Part shown: piece by piece, positions 10,460-19,123 of the stretch
Layout of the letters: every line of letters begins with the position of its first letter
Position numbering within the stretch: position 1 is the first letter of the stretch
Origin: a virus
Direction: 5' to 3' (one strand)
IMG/VR virus record: IMGVR_UViG_3300036766_002288
Coordinates: 123,012-187,011 of that record
DNA length: 64,000 nucleotides
Program-made: the position numbers and the translations under genes
The notes under the pieces: generated by a model
Told to the model about the DNA's origin: nothing
Databases searched by the model: none
The model's input: only the letters and a program-made list of their open reading frames with translations

Positions 10460-10759
10460 ATGAATATGAAAGCTCCTACCTGTAAATTAGGTAAATTTAT
10501 CATCAAGTATAAGCAAGTGCTTTATGATGATAGGTATTTTTTTGTTTCTCACGAAGATTGTAGGATGTGTGGTGCATTATCTCGCAAGCACATAATCCAA
10601 ATTCCAGGTGGCTTGGTTAAGGATACCACCATATCTTTATTTGATTGGTTAGTTCAGTCTTGTGCAAAAGAATATAGAAGGAATTATTTGGACAGAATAG
10701 AAAGATTCATGGGTAGAATAGAGCGGTATGACGAATGTTTAGACTCAGATATGAGGTAA
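10460..10759 (+). CDS. hypothetical protein
   Basis: ORF in operon context. Confidence 0.5.
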   Translation: MNMKAPTCKLGKFIIKYKQVLYDDRYFFVSHEDCRMCGALSRKHIIQIPGGLVKDTTISLFDWLVQSCAKEYRRNYLDRIERFMGRIERYDECLDSDMR

Positions 10760-10764
10760 CATAA

Positions 10765-11367
10765 GTGGTTGACCCGATAAATTTTACTAATTTTAATCGT
10801 AACACTTACGAACTAGAAGAAACATTGCTTTTTGGGCTTTTGGTAGCTGGCAAGAATGCTATTACGACTTCTAGGTTATTAGACAACTTCATTAAAGACT
10901 TCAAATATGAGGATGAGACTCCATTTGAAATCTTTAGGCGATTCAATGCAGATGAAGTGCCTACGTTATCTGTAGCATTGAAAGATTATGGTTTTGGTTG
11001 TTACAACGCTAAGGCCAAGGGTATTCATCAACTCGTTAGAGCAAATCTCGATTTGAAAACCTGCACTGTCGATGACCTTGAGAAGATTCATGGCATCGGC
11101 ATGAAAACATCACGTTTGTTTGTGCTACACACCAGGCAGAATGCTAAGTGTATTCCTTTGGATGTTCATATTTTGCATTATCTAAGGGATTTAGGATATG
11201 AAGTTCCTAAAGCAACTCCAGACAAGACGAAGTATTTAGCTATTGAGAAAATTTGTATAGGACTCGCTAAGAAGGCGAAGAAGACTTGCTCAGAATGGGA
11301 TTTGGGTATTTGGCGGATGTATAGTAGCAAATCCTATGGTATGAATAAAAGTAAATTAGCAATATAA
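10765..11367 (+). CDS. HhH-GPD DNA glycosylase/AP lyase
   Basis: HhH LEKIHGIGMKTS with catalytic Lys, PLDVH; no C-terminal 4Fe-4S Cys cluster. Confidence 0.8.
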   Translation: MVDPINFTNFNRNTYELEETLLFGLLVAGKNAITTSRLLDNFIKDFKYEDETPFEIFRRFNADEVPTLSVALKDYGFGCYNAKAKGIHQLVRANLDLKTCTVDDLEKIHGIGMKTSRLFVLHTRQNAKCIPLDVHILHYLRDLGYEVPKATPDKTKYLAIEKICIGLAKKAKKTCSEWDLGIWRMYSSKSYGMNKSKLAI

Positions 11368-11378
11368 GGTGATTAAAA

Positions 11379-12095
11379 ATGGGTGAGATAAGAGAAGTGG
11401 GTAAGTTAATAGAACTTTGGGGTCAAACAGTAGAAACAGACTTTCACGATGTTAGATTATCCAAAGAGTCTGTCAAAAAGTGGATGCGACTTGCTAAGAC
11501 TGTCAAGGAGGTTGAAAATCCTTGTTATTCTAGGCAAATTGGGGTGGTCATAGTAGACCCGAATACTAATTCCCTAGTATCATCAGGGCATAATGGGCCA
11601 CCAGAGGGTTGTCCTAAGAATGATGACCCTGATTATTTGCGGAACGTTGTATGGCCGCAATTGACGGAAAATGAGAAAGTCGGTGCTTTTGACATTACGA
11701 CGACAGGTTGGACCTTCCACCTATCGAAAGAACCGTGTGAGCCTGCTGATTATTCAGTAGACAAGTTCGTGGATAAGTTTGCTAATTGCAAGACCTGTCC
11801 ACGAAAGCCAATAGGCGCGCCAAGTGGAAAGAGACTGGAGCTATGCACTTGTATTCATGGAGAAGTTGATGCTATAACTAGGGCGAATAGGGACGTATCT
11901 GGGTGCTGGATGATGTGTTATTGTGGTGTTCCATGCATAGAATGCACCAAGGTAATAATTAATGCTGGAATAGAGACTGTTTTAGCGATAAATCATGGAC
12001 GGGAAGATTATAGTCAATATTCTTCCAGGTGGCTATTTGAGAAGTCTAAGGTGAATTTAATTCTTGTTAAAGAAGAATGGATTTGGAAGGACTAA
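11379..12095 (+). CDS. dCMP deaminase
   Basis: SRQIGVVIV, GHNGPP, HGE, PCIEC zinc motifs. Confidence 0.9.
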   Translation: MGEIREVGKLIELWGQTVETDFHDVRLSKESVKKWMRLAKTVKEVENPCYSRQIGVVIVDPNTNSLVSSGHNGPPEGCPKNDDPDYLRNVVWPQLTENEKVGAFDITTTGWTFHLSKEPCEPADYSVDKFVDKFANCKTCPRKPIGAPSGKRLELCTCIHGEVDAITRANRDVSGCWMMCYCGVPCIECTKVIINAGIETVLAINHGREDYSQYSSRWLFEKSKVNLILVKEEWIWKD

Positions 12096-12340
12096 TGTTT
12101 TACGCTATCAAGAATAAAGAAGGTAAGTATTTGGTGTTAGATAGTCGTTTTATCCATTGGCTTGAAATGCCTAATGCTCAATTTTTTACCACCAAAGAAG
12201 AAGCTCAAAAAGTGATTGATTATTTTTTTAAAGAACAGGAATACAATCCATTGGAATACGATATGCCTTTGGAAATTTGTGGTTTCGAGGTGAACTGGAA
12301 AGAGATTGAAAGAGAACTTTATGTTGTCACACCAAAGTAA
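12095..12340 (+). CDS. hypothetical protein
   Basis: TAATG coupling to deaminase stop. Confidence 0.5.
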   Translation: MFYAIKNKEGKYLVLDSRFIHWLEMPNAQFFTTKEEAQKVIDYFFKEQEYNPLEYDMPLEICGFEVNWKEIERELYVVTPK

Positions 12341-12677
12341 GGGCTGTTTTCAATATAGAGTTTAGTTGACCAGGGAAGGCTTCGCCTGCTTTGAAATATT
12401 GAAGCCAGGATTGAAGATATTTATCTAGATTTTTGTTTCCGACTTCGACTTTACTAAGGTCGCCAGTGTGTGGGTCAACTAGTTGAGAAACATACATAAA
12501 GGCATTTTGTGGCTCTTGCATTGCTTTGGCTAACTTGTCTTTTATAGTTTGCTTCAGTTGTTGTGTTGATTGTATTGATTGTGCAAATTGTGACTGACCT
12601 GTGGTAGGTTGGTATGCCCCAGGTAGGTTTTGAGGACCATTACCTTCAATACGCTCAAGGAATTCTCTGAAAGTCAT
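12327..12677 (-). CDS. putative internal virion protein (T4 IP-like N-terminus)
   Basis: MTFREFLERIE resembles the T4 capsid-targeting sequence. Confidence 0.5.
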   Translation of the reverse strand: MTFREFLERIEGNGPQNLPGAYQPTTGQSQFAQSIQSTQQLKQTIKDKLAKAMQEPQNAFMYVSQLVDPHTGDLSKVEVGNKNLDKYLQSWLQYFKAGEAFPGQLNSILKTALTLV

Positions 12678-12821
12678 GCTTTATATATGAATTAAAATAT
12701 GATATGTGACGTAATAATATACTCATTATTTTTCTTTCTCTCTCATAGGGCCATTTATGGAGATGGGGCTAGGGAAGTGGATAATGGTAAGATTTTATAG
12801 CAATTTATTTATAATTTAAAG

Positions 12822-13030
12822 TCATGGATATAGATATTTCGTATGGTCTTCTGTCGAAGGATTATGGGGACTCAATCTATGACTGCCCGTGTGGACGTTG
12901 TAAAATTGACCATAATCATAAAATGAGGCTTTCACGGACGCATGATGGTTTAAGCCAATGCGGGAGCTTCAAAGGAAGGAAACCATCTTCCATAGTGATT
13001 TACAGGGTGTTCTTGTAAGTCACTATTTTT
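12822..13030 (+). ncRNA. candidate structured ncRNA (rod with central bubble, 6S-like)
   Basis: TATAAT at 12810-12815, nested pairings ATGGT/ACCAT, CTTCT/GGAAG, GAAG/CTTC, CCGTG/CACGG, then a terminator. Confidence 0.3.
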
Positions 13031-13032
13031 TA
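12992..13032 (+). terminator. intrinsic terminator
   Basis: ATAGTGATTTACA/TGTAAGTCACTAT stem followed by a T-run. Confidence 0.7.
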
Positions 13033-13070
13033 TTTGTGTCCTTCTCGGTGTGCCAACCGAGTTTATCATA

Positions 13071-13107
13071 AAGGGCCGTCACAAAAAATGTGACGGCCCT
13101 TCTTATT
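13071..13107. terminator. GC-rich hairpin / terminator
   Basis: 12-bp perfect stem AAGGGCCGTCAC/GTGACGGCCCTT. Confidence 0.65.
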
Positions 13108-13113
13108 TAGATT

Positions 13114-13728
13114 ATGGAAATAAAGTCTTATATTGAAGGAAAGTTGAAAAAACAACTGCCTTCTCATATCTTTTTAAATCGTATGCGTGTCATTGATGAA
13201 GACTCAAGGCAAAGCTTTGCCTATAACGATCATACATACGTGCCTTTTTATTACTGGTTAGGTACTATTTTGAAGCCCAAGACTATGATAGAGATAGGGC
13301 TAAGACTTGGGCTTCTAAGTGGCAATTTTCTTAAATCCTGTAAAACGGTAAATAAGTTTGTTGCTCTACAAGAAGATAAGTCTGGGGAATATTATTCTAG
13401 TCGGTTGGCAAAGGCTAATATAAAGGACAATTATAAGGGCGACTTATACGTTCACGTCGGCGTCATAGACGATGAAATTTTTTCTACCAAATTGAAATCT
13501 ATGGAATTTGATTTGGCGATTATTAACGAAGAAACTAGTTATGACAGACACCGTTTATATTTTGATTTATTGTGGCCACAAATGGCGGGTGATGGTCTCA
13601 TAGTGGTGGATTACGTTGAAAAGCATAAATCTTCTTCTGTGGCGGTTAAGGACTTTTGTGTAAGTATAAATTTGGAGCCTATATATATAAACACCACTTA
13701 TGGTGTGGCTTTAATTAGAAAGGTTTAA
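13114..13728 (+). CDS. class I SAM-dependent methyltransferase (Methyltransf_24-like)
   Basis: MIEIGLRLGLLS motif I; DG-x-IVVD near C-terminus. Confidence 0.65.
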   Translation: MEIKSYIEGKLKKQLPSHIFLNRMRVIDEDSRQSFAYNDHTYVPFYYWLGTILKPKTMIEIGLRLGLLSGNFLKSCKTVNKFVALQEDKSGEYYSSRLAKANIKDNYKGDLYVHVGVIDDEIFSTKLKSMEFDLAIINEETSYDRHRLYFDLLWPQMAGDGLIVVDYVEKHKSSSVAVKDFCVSINLEPIYINTTYGVALIRKV

Positions 13729-13732
13729 AAAC

Positions 13733-14446
13733 ATGGGATATGAAATTATTTATTCTTTCCATCCGAGAGATGAAGAAGGAAATTACAAGAAAGATGAAAT
13801 AAAGGAACTTAAGAAAAAGTTGGGTGATCCATTTGAAGACGTTACTAAGGAGAAATTAGCCTCAATGGTTATGTCTCAATTGGCGAGACGGGATATTTGG
13901 ATATTTGATGTGAAGATTTATGAACTTGTTAAGAGAGAAATTAGTTTCCGTGAGACTAAAGGTGGTATTGTTATTGGTAACAAGAAGTTCATGTTGGACG
14001 ATGAGGCGAACATTACTGTCCAGGAGATAACAGAGATACCAGCGGTTGCAGCACCTACACATGCTTTGGTGCCACAACATAATGGTAATATGCCTTTGGT
14101 TAATCTTGTAAATCCTGCTAGACCGAATAGGGCGATTAAGTGGGTGGTGCTTGATCCCGACTTGCCGAATTTGGATAAAGTGAAAACTTCTGGATTGGCA
14201 TTTACTCCTGATAAACGGTATCCAGTTTTTTCTGAAATTGCTCATCCAAAGAAAATTGGCGTCCAAATTTACCAGATGATGGACGATAATAAGCGAGAGG
14301 TAACGCTAGAAGATACTTACTTTTTGAATGCAGACCAGATTTTGCAACAGGGATTTGTTTCGAGTATTGACAAGGAAGTTGGTGCGCCAAAGTTGAAATT
14401 CGAAGATACTTACAAAGATACCATCCCAGATATCAGGGGAAGATGA
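13733..14446 (+). CDS. hypothetical protein
   Basis: long ORF in operon. Confidence 0.6.
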   Translation: MGYEIIYSFHPRDEEGNYKKDEIKELKKKLGDPFEDVTKEKLASMVMSQLARRDIWIFDVKIYELVKREISFRETKGGIVIGNKKFMLDDEANITVQEITEIPAVAAPTHALVPQHNGNMPLVNLVNPARPNRAIKWVVLDPDLPNLDKVKTSGLAFTPDKRYPVFSEIAHPKKIGVQIYQMMDDNKREVTLEDTYFLNADQILQQGFVSSIDKEVGAPKLKFEDTYKDTIPDIRGR

Positions 14447-14480
14447 TTTTTGGAAAATTCCTGAAAAAGATTTAATATCA

Positions 14481-14509
14481 TTGACACAATTCTCGATTTA
14501 TCCTATAAC
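14481..14509 (+). promoter_or_regulatory. sigma70-type promoter upstream of SSB-uvsX
   Basis: TTGACA-N17-TATAAC. Confidence 0.75.
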
Positions 14510-14592
14510 GGGACTCACTGAGACTAAATGTTAGTAACAGTTAGTGCTGTTAGCACGAACAAAAAACTTTGTTTTACTAAGGAGCGAGAACT

Positions 14593-15582
14593 ATGTCAGA
14601 AAACTATGAAGCAGTTAATCTAGCGGAAATCTTTGAGGAAGCCGAACGCTTTGATTCCCAGAGCGAAGGCAACGAAGATTATCTTGCTAACTTTGTTAGA
14701 ATGCCTGATAAGGAAGGTTACGTAACGGTAAGGCTCTTACCACCAGTTAAGGGTAAGAGATTCTATTGTGCGACCCGCACACACCGTCTCGGTAAAAAGA
14801 ATCTCCATTGTCCAAGAGAATTAGTGTCGATTCAGGGCAAAAAGCGTTGGGTTGATAACAATCCAAAAGACCCATGCCCAATTTGCAAGTTCTATAATGG
14901 TCTCTGGCGAGAGTCAGAAGATGCTGAGGCTGATGAAGCCAAGGTCTTGCAGGATGACGCTCGTAAGATCAAGCCTATTGAGAGATATTACTACAATTGT
15001 ATCGTTCGTCATCAAGTCAATAAGAAGGGTGAAGTTGAGAAGAATGTTGGCCCAAAGATTCTTTCAATTGGCAAGACTCTCCACGAAAGAATTGTAAGAG
15101 CAATCACTGGTGATGCTAAGAACGATGAGAAGGGTTTGGGCGACGTAAGCGATCTCAAGATCGGTCGTGACTTCAAGATCGTCAAGAAGTTAAGAGGTCA
15201 AGGTAAGGAACAATATCCTTATTACGAGGAATCCAAGTTCCAAGACCCATCTCCTCTCGCGGATAAGGATCAGATTGACATTTGGCTTGGCCAGATGCAT
15301 GACCTTAACGCATTGCGAGTTTTGAAGGACAGCGGTGAACTTGATATTCTGTTGCAGAAGTACAATGGTGTTATCCCAGATGATGATGCTGAGACTTCTT
15401 TCGACATGAGCAAATATCGTAAAAAGCCAGAGACTCTTGAGGAACAAGTTGAGCAAGCCAAGGCAGAAAGTAAGCCAAGGTTAGCACCTGTTCCAGAGGT
15501 CAAAGACACAGCAAAATCTGCTGATACTGTCTTAGAGGCAGAAGACTTTTTCGATGAGTTGAGAGCAGTAAAAGGTAAGTAA
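14593..15582 (+). CDS. single-stranded DNA-binding protein, T4 gp32-like
   Basis: VRLLPP, H/CP...CPIC zinc site, YYYNCIV, GRDFKI, acidic C-tail; SD AAGGAG. Confidence 0.85.
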   Translation: MSENYEAVNLAEIFEEAERFDSQSEGNEDYLANFVRMPDKEGYVTVRLLPPVKGKRFYCATRTHRLGKKNLHCPRELVSIQGKKRWVDNNPKDPCPICKFYNGLWRESEDAEADEAKVLQDDARKIKPIERYYYNCIVRHQVNKKGEVEKNVGPKILSIGKTLHERIVRAITGDAKNDEKGLGDVSDLKIGRDFKIVKKLRGQGKEQYPYYEESKFQDPSPLADKDQIDIWLGQMHDLNALRVLKDSGELDILLQKYNGVIPDDDAETSFDMSKYRKKPETLEEQVEQAKAESKPRLAPVPEVKDTAKSADTVLEAEDFFDELRAVKGK

Positions 15583-15592
15583 TCCAATCGTT

Positions 15593-15624
15593 TGGCCCAC
15601 AGTCGCAAGACTGTGGGCCATTTC
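15593..15624 (+). terminator. intrinsic terminator/processing hairpin
   Basis: 12-bp stem with GCAA tetraloop, short T tail. Confidence 0.7.
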
Positions 15625-15656
15625 TTAAAACTATATTTTACACAAAGGAGTAACAA

Positions 15657-16865
15657 ATGGCTAAAAAGAAAGTGGCCGACGAAGATAGTATTTTCAATTT
15701 AATTGCGAAAAAACTTGATGGTGATGTTTTGGCGGATGCGGTGCCAGTTCAATACTTTTTAGATACAGGTAATCTAGCATTTAATTGGGTGTTGAGTGGT
15801 AAGTTTATGCATGGTGGAATTCCAGGTGGCAAGATCACAGAATTTTTTGGGCCTGAAGCTTCGGGCAAATCGTATTGGGGAGCCAATATAGCGCGTGGCA
15901 CGCAAGCAATTGGTGCAATTCCAGTTTATTTAGATTGCGAAAATTCTCTCAATAATGATTTCGTTGTCAAGACAAGTCACATTGATTTAAATAGGATTAT
16001 AAGATTCGATCCTTCTAAAGGTGTTGATTGTTTGGAAGGTGTTTTTAATAAAATCTATACTGTTATTAAGACAGTTAGGGATGCTAAAGATGATAGGCCA
16101 ATTGTATTTATCTATGATAGTATTGCATCTTCTCCTTGTGCAAGGGAATTAAGAGAAACTGAAATTGATATGGACAAATGCACAAAAGAAGAATATAAAG
16201 CGGTTGTTGGCGGTAAGGAGCAACCAGGGGAAAGAGCGAGAATATGCAGTCGAGAATTTAGAAAGTTAGGGTCGGTGCTGGAAAAATCTAATGCAACTTT
16301 ATTAGTACTGAATCAAACCAGAATGAAAATTGGTGTTATGTATGGTAATCCAGAGACAACAGCGGGCGGTGGAGAATCTTTGAAGTTTTATGCTTCTTGT
16401 CGTGTTAGAACTTCGATTCAGAAGAAGATCGAGAATAAGAAGTTGAAGACTTCGATTGGTATTAATTTGAAAGTAACGAATAAGAAAAACCGTTGTTGTT
16501 CGCCTTTCCGAGAAGCCGAAGGTGTCCATTTGTATTGGAATGATGGTGTTAATCCATTAAGTGGATTGCTCACATGTCTGATTCAGGATGAAAGAATTGA
16601 TAAGGTTGGAAATGGGACATATATTGTTAAGGAACCTTGGGCAGCTGGTCAAGAAATCAAATTTAGAGCTTCAAAGGCAAAGAATGAGATAGAGTCAGAT
16701 GTTCTTTGTAAATGTCCTGCTTTAATTGATGCTGCGACCGAACAAGAGGTCAGAGACTATTTTGATGTTTTTGGTGCAGCTATTAAGGCTGGTAGTAACG
16801 AAGAAAACGAAGAAACTGCTGTATCAAGTGATGATTCAAGTGATGATGATTATGGGGCAGAGTAA
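15657..16865 (+). CDS. uvsX: RecA/UvsX recombinase
   Basis: GKITEFFGPEASGKS, YLDCEN, YDSIA, LNQTR, GGGESLKFYAS. Confidence 0.92.
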   Translation: MAKKKVADEDSIFNLIAKKLDGDVLADAVPVQYFLDTGNLAFNWVLSGKFMHGGIPGGKITEFFGPEASGKSYWGANIARGTQAIGAIPVYLDCENSLNNDFVVKTSHIDLNRIIRFDPSKGVDCLEGVFNKIYTVIKTVRDAKDDRPIVFIYDSIASSPCARELRETEIDMDKCTKEEYKAVVGGKEQPGERARICSREFRKLGSVLEKSNATLLVLNQTRMKIGVMYGNPETTAGGGESLKFYASCRVRTSIQKKIENKKLKTSIGINLKVTNKKNRCCSPFREAEGVHLYWNDGVNPLSGLLTCLIQDERIDKVGNGTYIVKEPWAAGQEIKFRASKAKNEIESDVLCKCPALIDAATEQEVRDYFDVFGAAIKAGSNEENEETAVSSDDSSDDDYGAE

Positions 16866-16920
16866 GTTTAGATGGCTAATGCCTACTGACTTAGTGACGG
16901 GCGATTCTGAGCGGTAGGTG

Positions 16921-17421
16921 TTAGTTCATTTTGTATTTACCACCACCAATTTTTGTGAAGGTGTGTCCTTGGTTTTCTAATTCTGTCCTAATTTGTTTGA
17001 AATGATTGCAAAGACATGCTGTTGTTATTTCTCTGTATTTTTTAGCTAAATCTCTTAGAGAAACAGTTTTACCCTTAATAAGGTTATTCTTAATTGTATT
17101 TTTGATGCCTTTGGCTCTTTTTAAGATCATGGTGCGGGCTTCTTTTGGTTTTAGTTTAATTTCCACAACCTCATATTCTGCTGTATTTTGTGACTTTTTC
17201 TCACATAGAGCGGGTGCCAACTCTTCTAATTCCAGAATTTCTTTTTCATTTGAGATTTGAACGATGGATATTTCTGCACTGAACGCTTTAGAATACACAA
17301 TTAATTGTGGCAGATTTTTTTCATGTGTGAAAAACTTTTTACGATCATCAGTTTGGATCATTAAGCATTGTTTCATGATATCTCTCTTGCTAGATTCTTG
17401 ATTATTATATAGAATACGCAT
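16921..17421 (-). CDS. hypothetical protein, possible C-terminal winged HTH
   Basis: basic; VSLRDLAKKY...GGGKY. Confidence 0.5.
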   Translation of the reverse strand: MRILYNNQESSKRDIMKQCLMIQTDDRKKFFTHEKNLPQLIVYSKAFSAEISIVQISNEKEILELEELAPALCEKKSQNTAEYEVVEIKLKPKEARTMILKRAKGIKNTIKNNLIKGKTVSLRDLAKKYREITTACLCNHFKQIRTELENQGHTFTKIGGGKYKMN

Positions 17422-17491
17422 ATACAGGTCAATAGATTAACTGTCAATATAGCAAAATTTGTTCGACTTAACTAAATAAGTATGGGGCAAT

Positions 17492-17953
17492 ATGTTGTTT
17501 AAAAATAAGAGTTTACCGCAGAATATAAAAGAAGTTAAGGCTTTTGGGGCATATTTAATGCCTTTTAATTTCCCTAAAGTCAGCATGGAAAATGAAGATG
17601 AAATAGGTTATATTAAAAGTCGTGAGATTGTTGTGGATGGGTATGATGTTGCGGTTTATTACAATAAGGCTGATTGGACTGACCATTATTTAGAGATTTT
17701 GCAGGTTATTGGTAAATATGTACCATTTCTGCCATTTTCTTTAGTTTGCAAAATTGGTAAAAGTTTTCTTGGGGATAAAGAGCTTTCATACGTGGACTTT
17801 ATCAAGGACAGTCGAAAGGTTTATTGTTGGACATGCGCGTTAAATTTGAATAATGAGCCGATTGTTAATCCTTATAAAGCTGACGTTTTAGACTGTTCTT
17901 ACGAAGGTTTATGCTATAGATGTTTAAATCCAGCCAATGTGAACTTCTACTAA
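17492..17953 (+). CDS. hypothetical protein
   Basis: ORF. Confidence 0.6.
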   Translation: MLFKNKSLPQNIKEVKAFGAYLMPFNFPKVSMENEDEIGYIKSREIVVDGYDVAVYYNKADWTDHYLEILQVIGKYVPFLPFSLVCKIGKSFLGDKELSYVDFIKDSRKVYCWTCALNLNNEPIVNPYKADVLDCSYEGLCYRCLNPANVNFY

Positions 17954-18023
17954 AAATTTAGAATTACCATGTTTATTAAAACTATATACCTTGCAGTTCA
18001 ATTCAATTTGTGAGGAAATAGTC

Positions 18024-18323
18024 ATGTTAAACAACAAGATTCAGGCATTGTTAATAAATCATTTGCAGAGATACGGTAATCTCAAATTACTGTTACCAGA
18101 TGGAATTATATTAGAAATAGGGACAAATCAGATTGGTGTGCATGGTGAATTGGTGAACGTAAATGACTACTGTTGGATTACCGCAGCCAAAGAGGACAAG
18201 ATGACTATTCTTGATTCCTACAATCTCGGACTTCGTTTCAATGACAATACAAAATTACTAGTTTTTGAAGATACCGTCATCAATGAAGAAGGTGAAAAGG
18301 TAAGAAGGCTGGACGTAGTGTAA
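18024..18323 (+). CDS. hypothetical protein
   Basis: SD GAGG before ATG 18024. Confidence 0.55.
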   Translation: MLNNKIQALLINHLQRYGNLKLLLPDGIILEIGTNQIGVHGELVNVNDYCWITAAKEDKMTILDSYNLGLRFNDNTKLLVFEDTVINEEGEKVRRLDVV

Positions 18324-18407
18324 TATTTGTGTTATACTGTACTAGTACCTTCTGGTGCATCAGATGTTATGATGTGCTGTTATTTTCCAATTATTAAGGA
18401 GCGAGTG

Positions 18408-18668
18408 ATGAAGAAGGTTGATACATCAGTCAAGGACTATGTTTCCAAATTGTCCTTTGATAATCTTAAGTATTTAGGAGAACGGTTCAATAACCGAATC
18501 GGTTCTGATCTTTCAGAATGTGTGGAGTTAATATCTAAGAGTTCTGACATAGACAGACTCCTTGGTGCAGCAAAGAACGGCGAAGAGTTTTTCGCCGTAG
18601 TTGATGCTGTTGCAGCAGCGGTGGATAGAGAGTTTTCAAGGCGGGTTCCAGATGCAATCCATGCATAA
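18408..18668 (+). CDS. hypothetical protein
   Basis: SD AAGGAG before ATG 18408. Confidence 0.55.
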   Translation: MKKVDTSVKDYVSKLSFDNLKYLGERFNNRIGSDLSECVELISKSSDIDRLLGAAKNGEEFFAVVDAVAAAVDREFSRRVPDAIHA

Positions 18669-19071
18669 AATTAAATATTCTTTCACTTATGAAGTGACCT
18701 TCTGCATTGGGAGTAGAGAAGGTTATAATGGCAGAGCATTTACTAGGGAAGAAGTCCTAGATCAGATTAATCTTTTTCAAAAAGGATTTACTGGTTCAAT
18801 GCCTGTAAAGGTTAGTGACACTGTTACTTTTACGATGAAGGATTATCGTGAAAATGGATGGGAAGTATCTGCTATTACATATCCTAATAGCTCGGCAAGT
18901 ATTGATGAAGTTAAAAATTTCATGCGTAATTTGGCTGAGCATTTGTTATATCATTTTAAGCAAAATCGTATTACAATAAGAGAGACTTTCAATGGGCCAA
19001 CGCTCGTGGGAAGTGAGCCAAATACTATAATGTTAGAAATGAACGATGCAGAGAAAACCCATCATAAGTAA
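18661..19071 (+). CDS. hypothetical protein
   Basis: coupled ORF. Confidence 0.5.
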   Translation: MHKIKYSFTYEVTFCIGSREGYNGRAFTREEVLDQINLFQKGFTGSMPVKVSDTVTFTMKDYRENGWEVSAITYPNSSASIDEVKNFMRNLAEHLLYHFKQNRITIRETFNGPTLVGSEPNTIMLEMNDAEKTHHK

Positions 19072-19077
19072 GAATCA

Positions 19078-19108
19078 GGTCAGGCACTGCTAAATACAGT
19101 GCCTGACC
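19078..19108. terminator. hairpin (terminator or processing site)
   Basis: 12-bp stem GGTCAGGCACTG/CAGTGCCTGACC. Confidence 0.6.
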
Positions 19109-19123
19109 ATATTTATTAGGAGC

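Noticed and set aside
12824-13018. 64-aa ORF as a real gene
   Set aside because: No SD or recognisable features; region better explained as structured RNA or regulatory DNA, though not excluded
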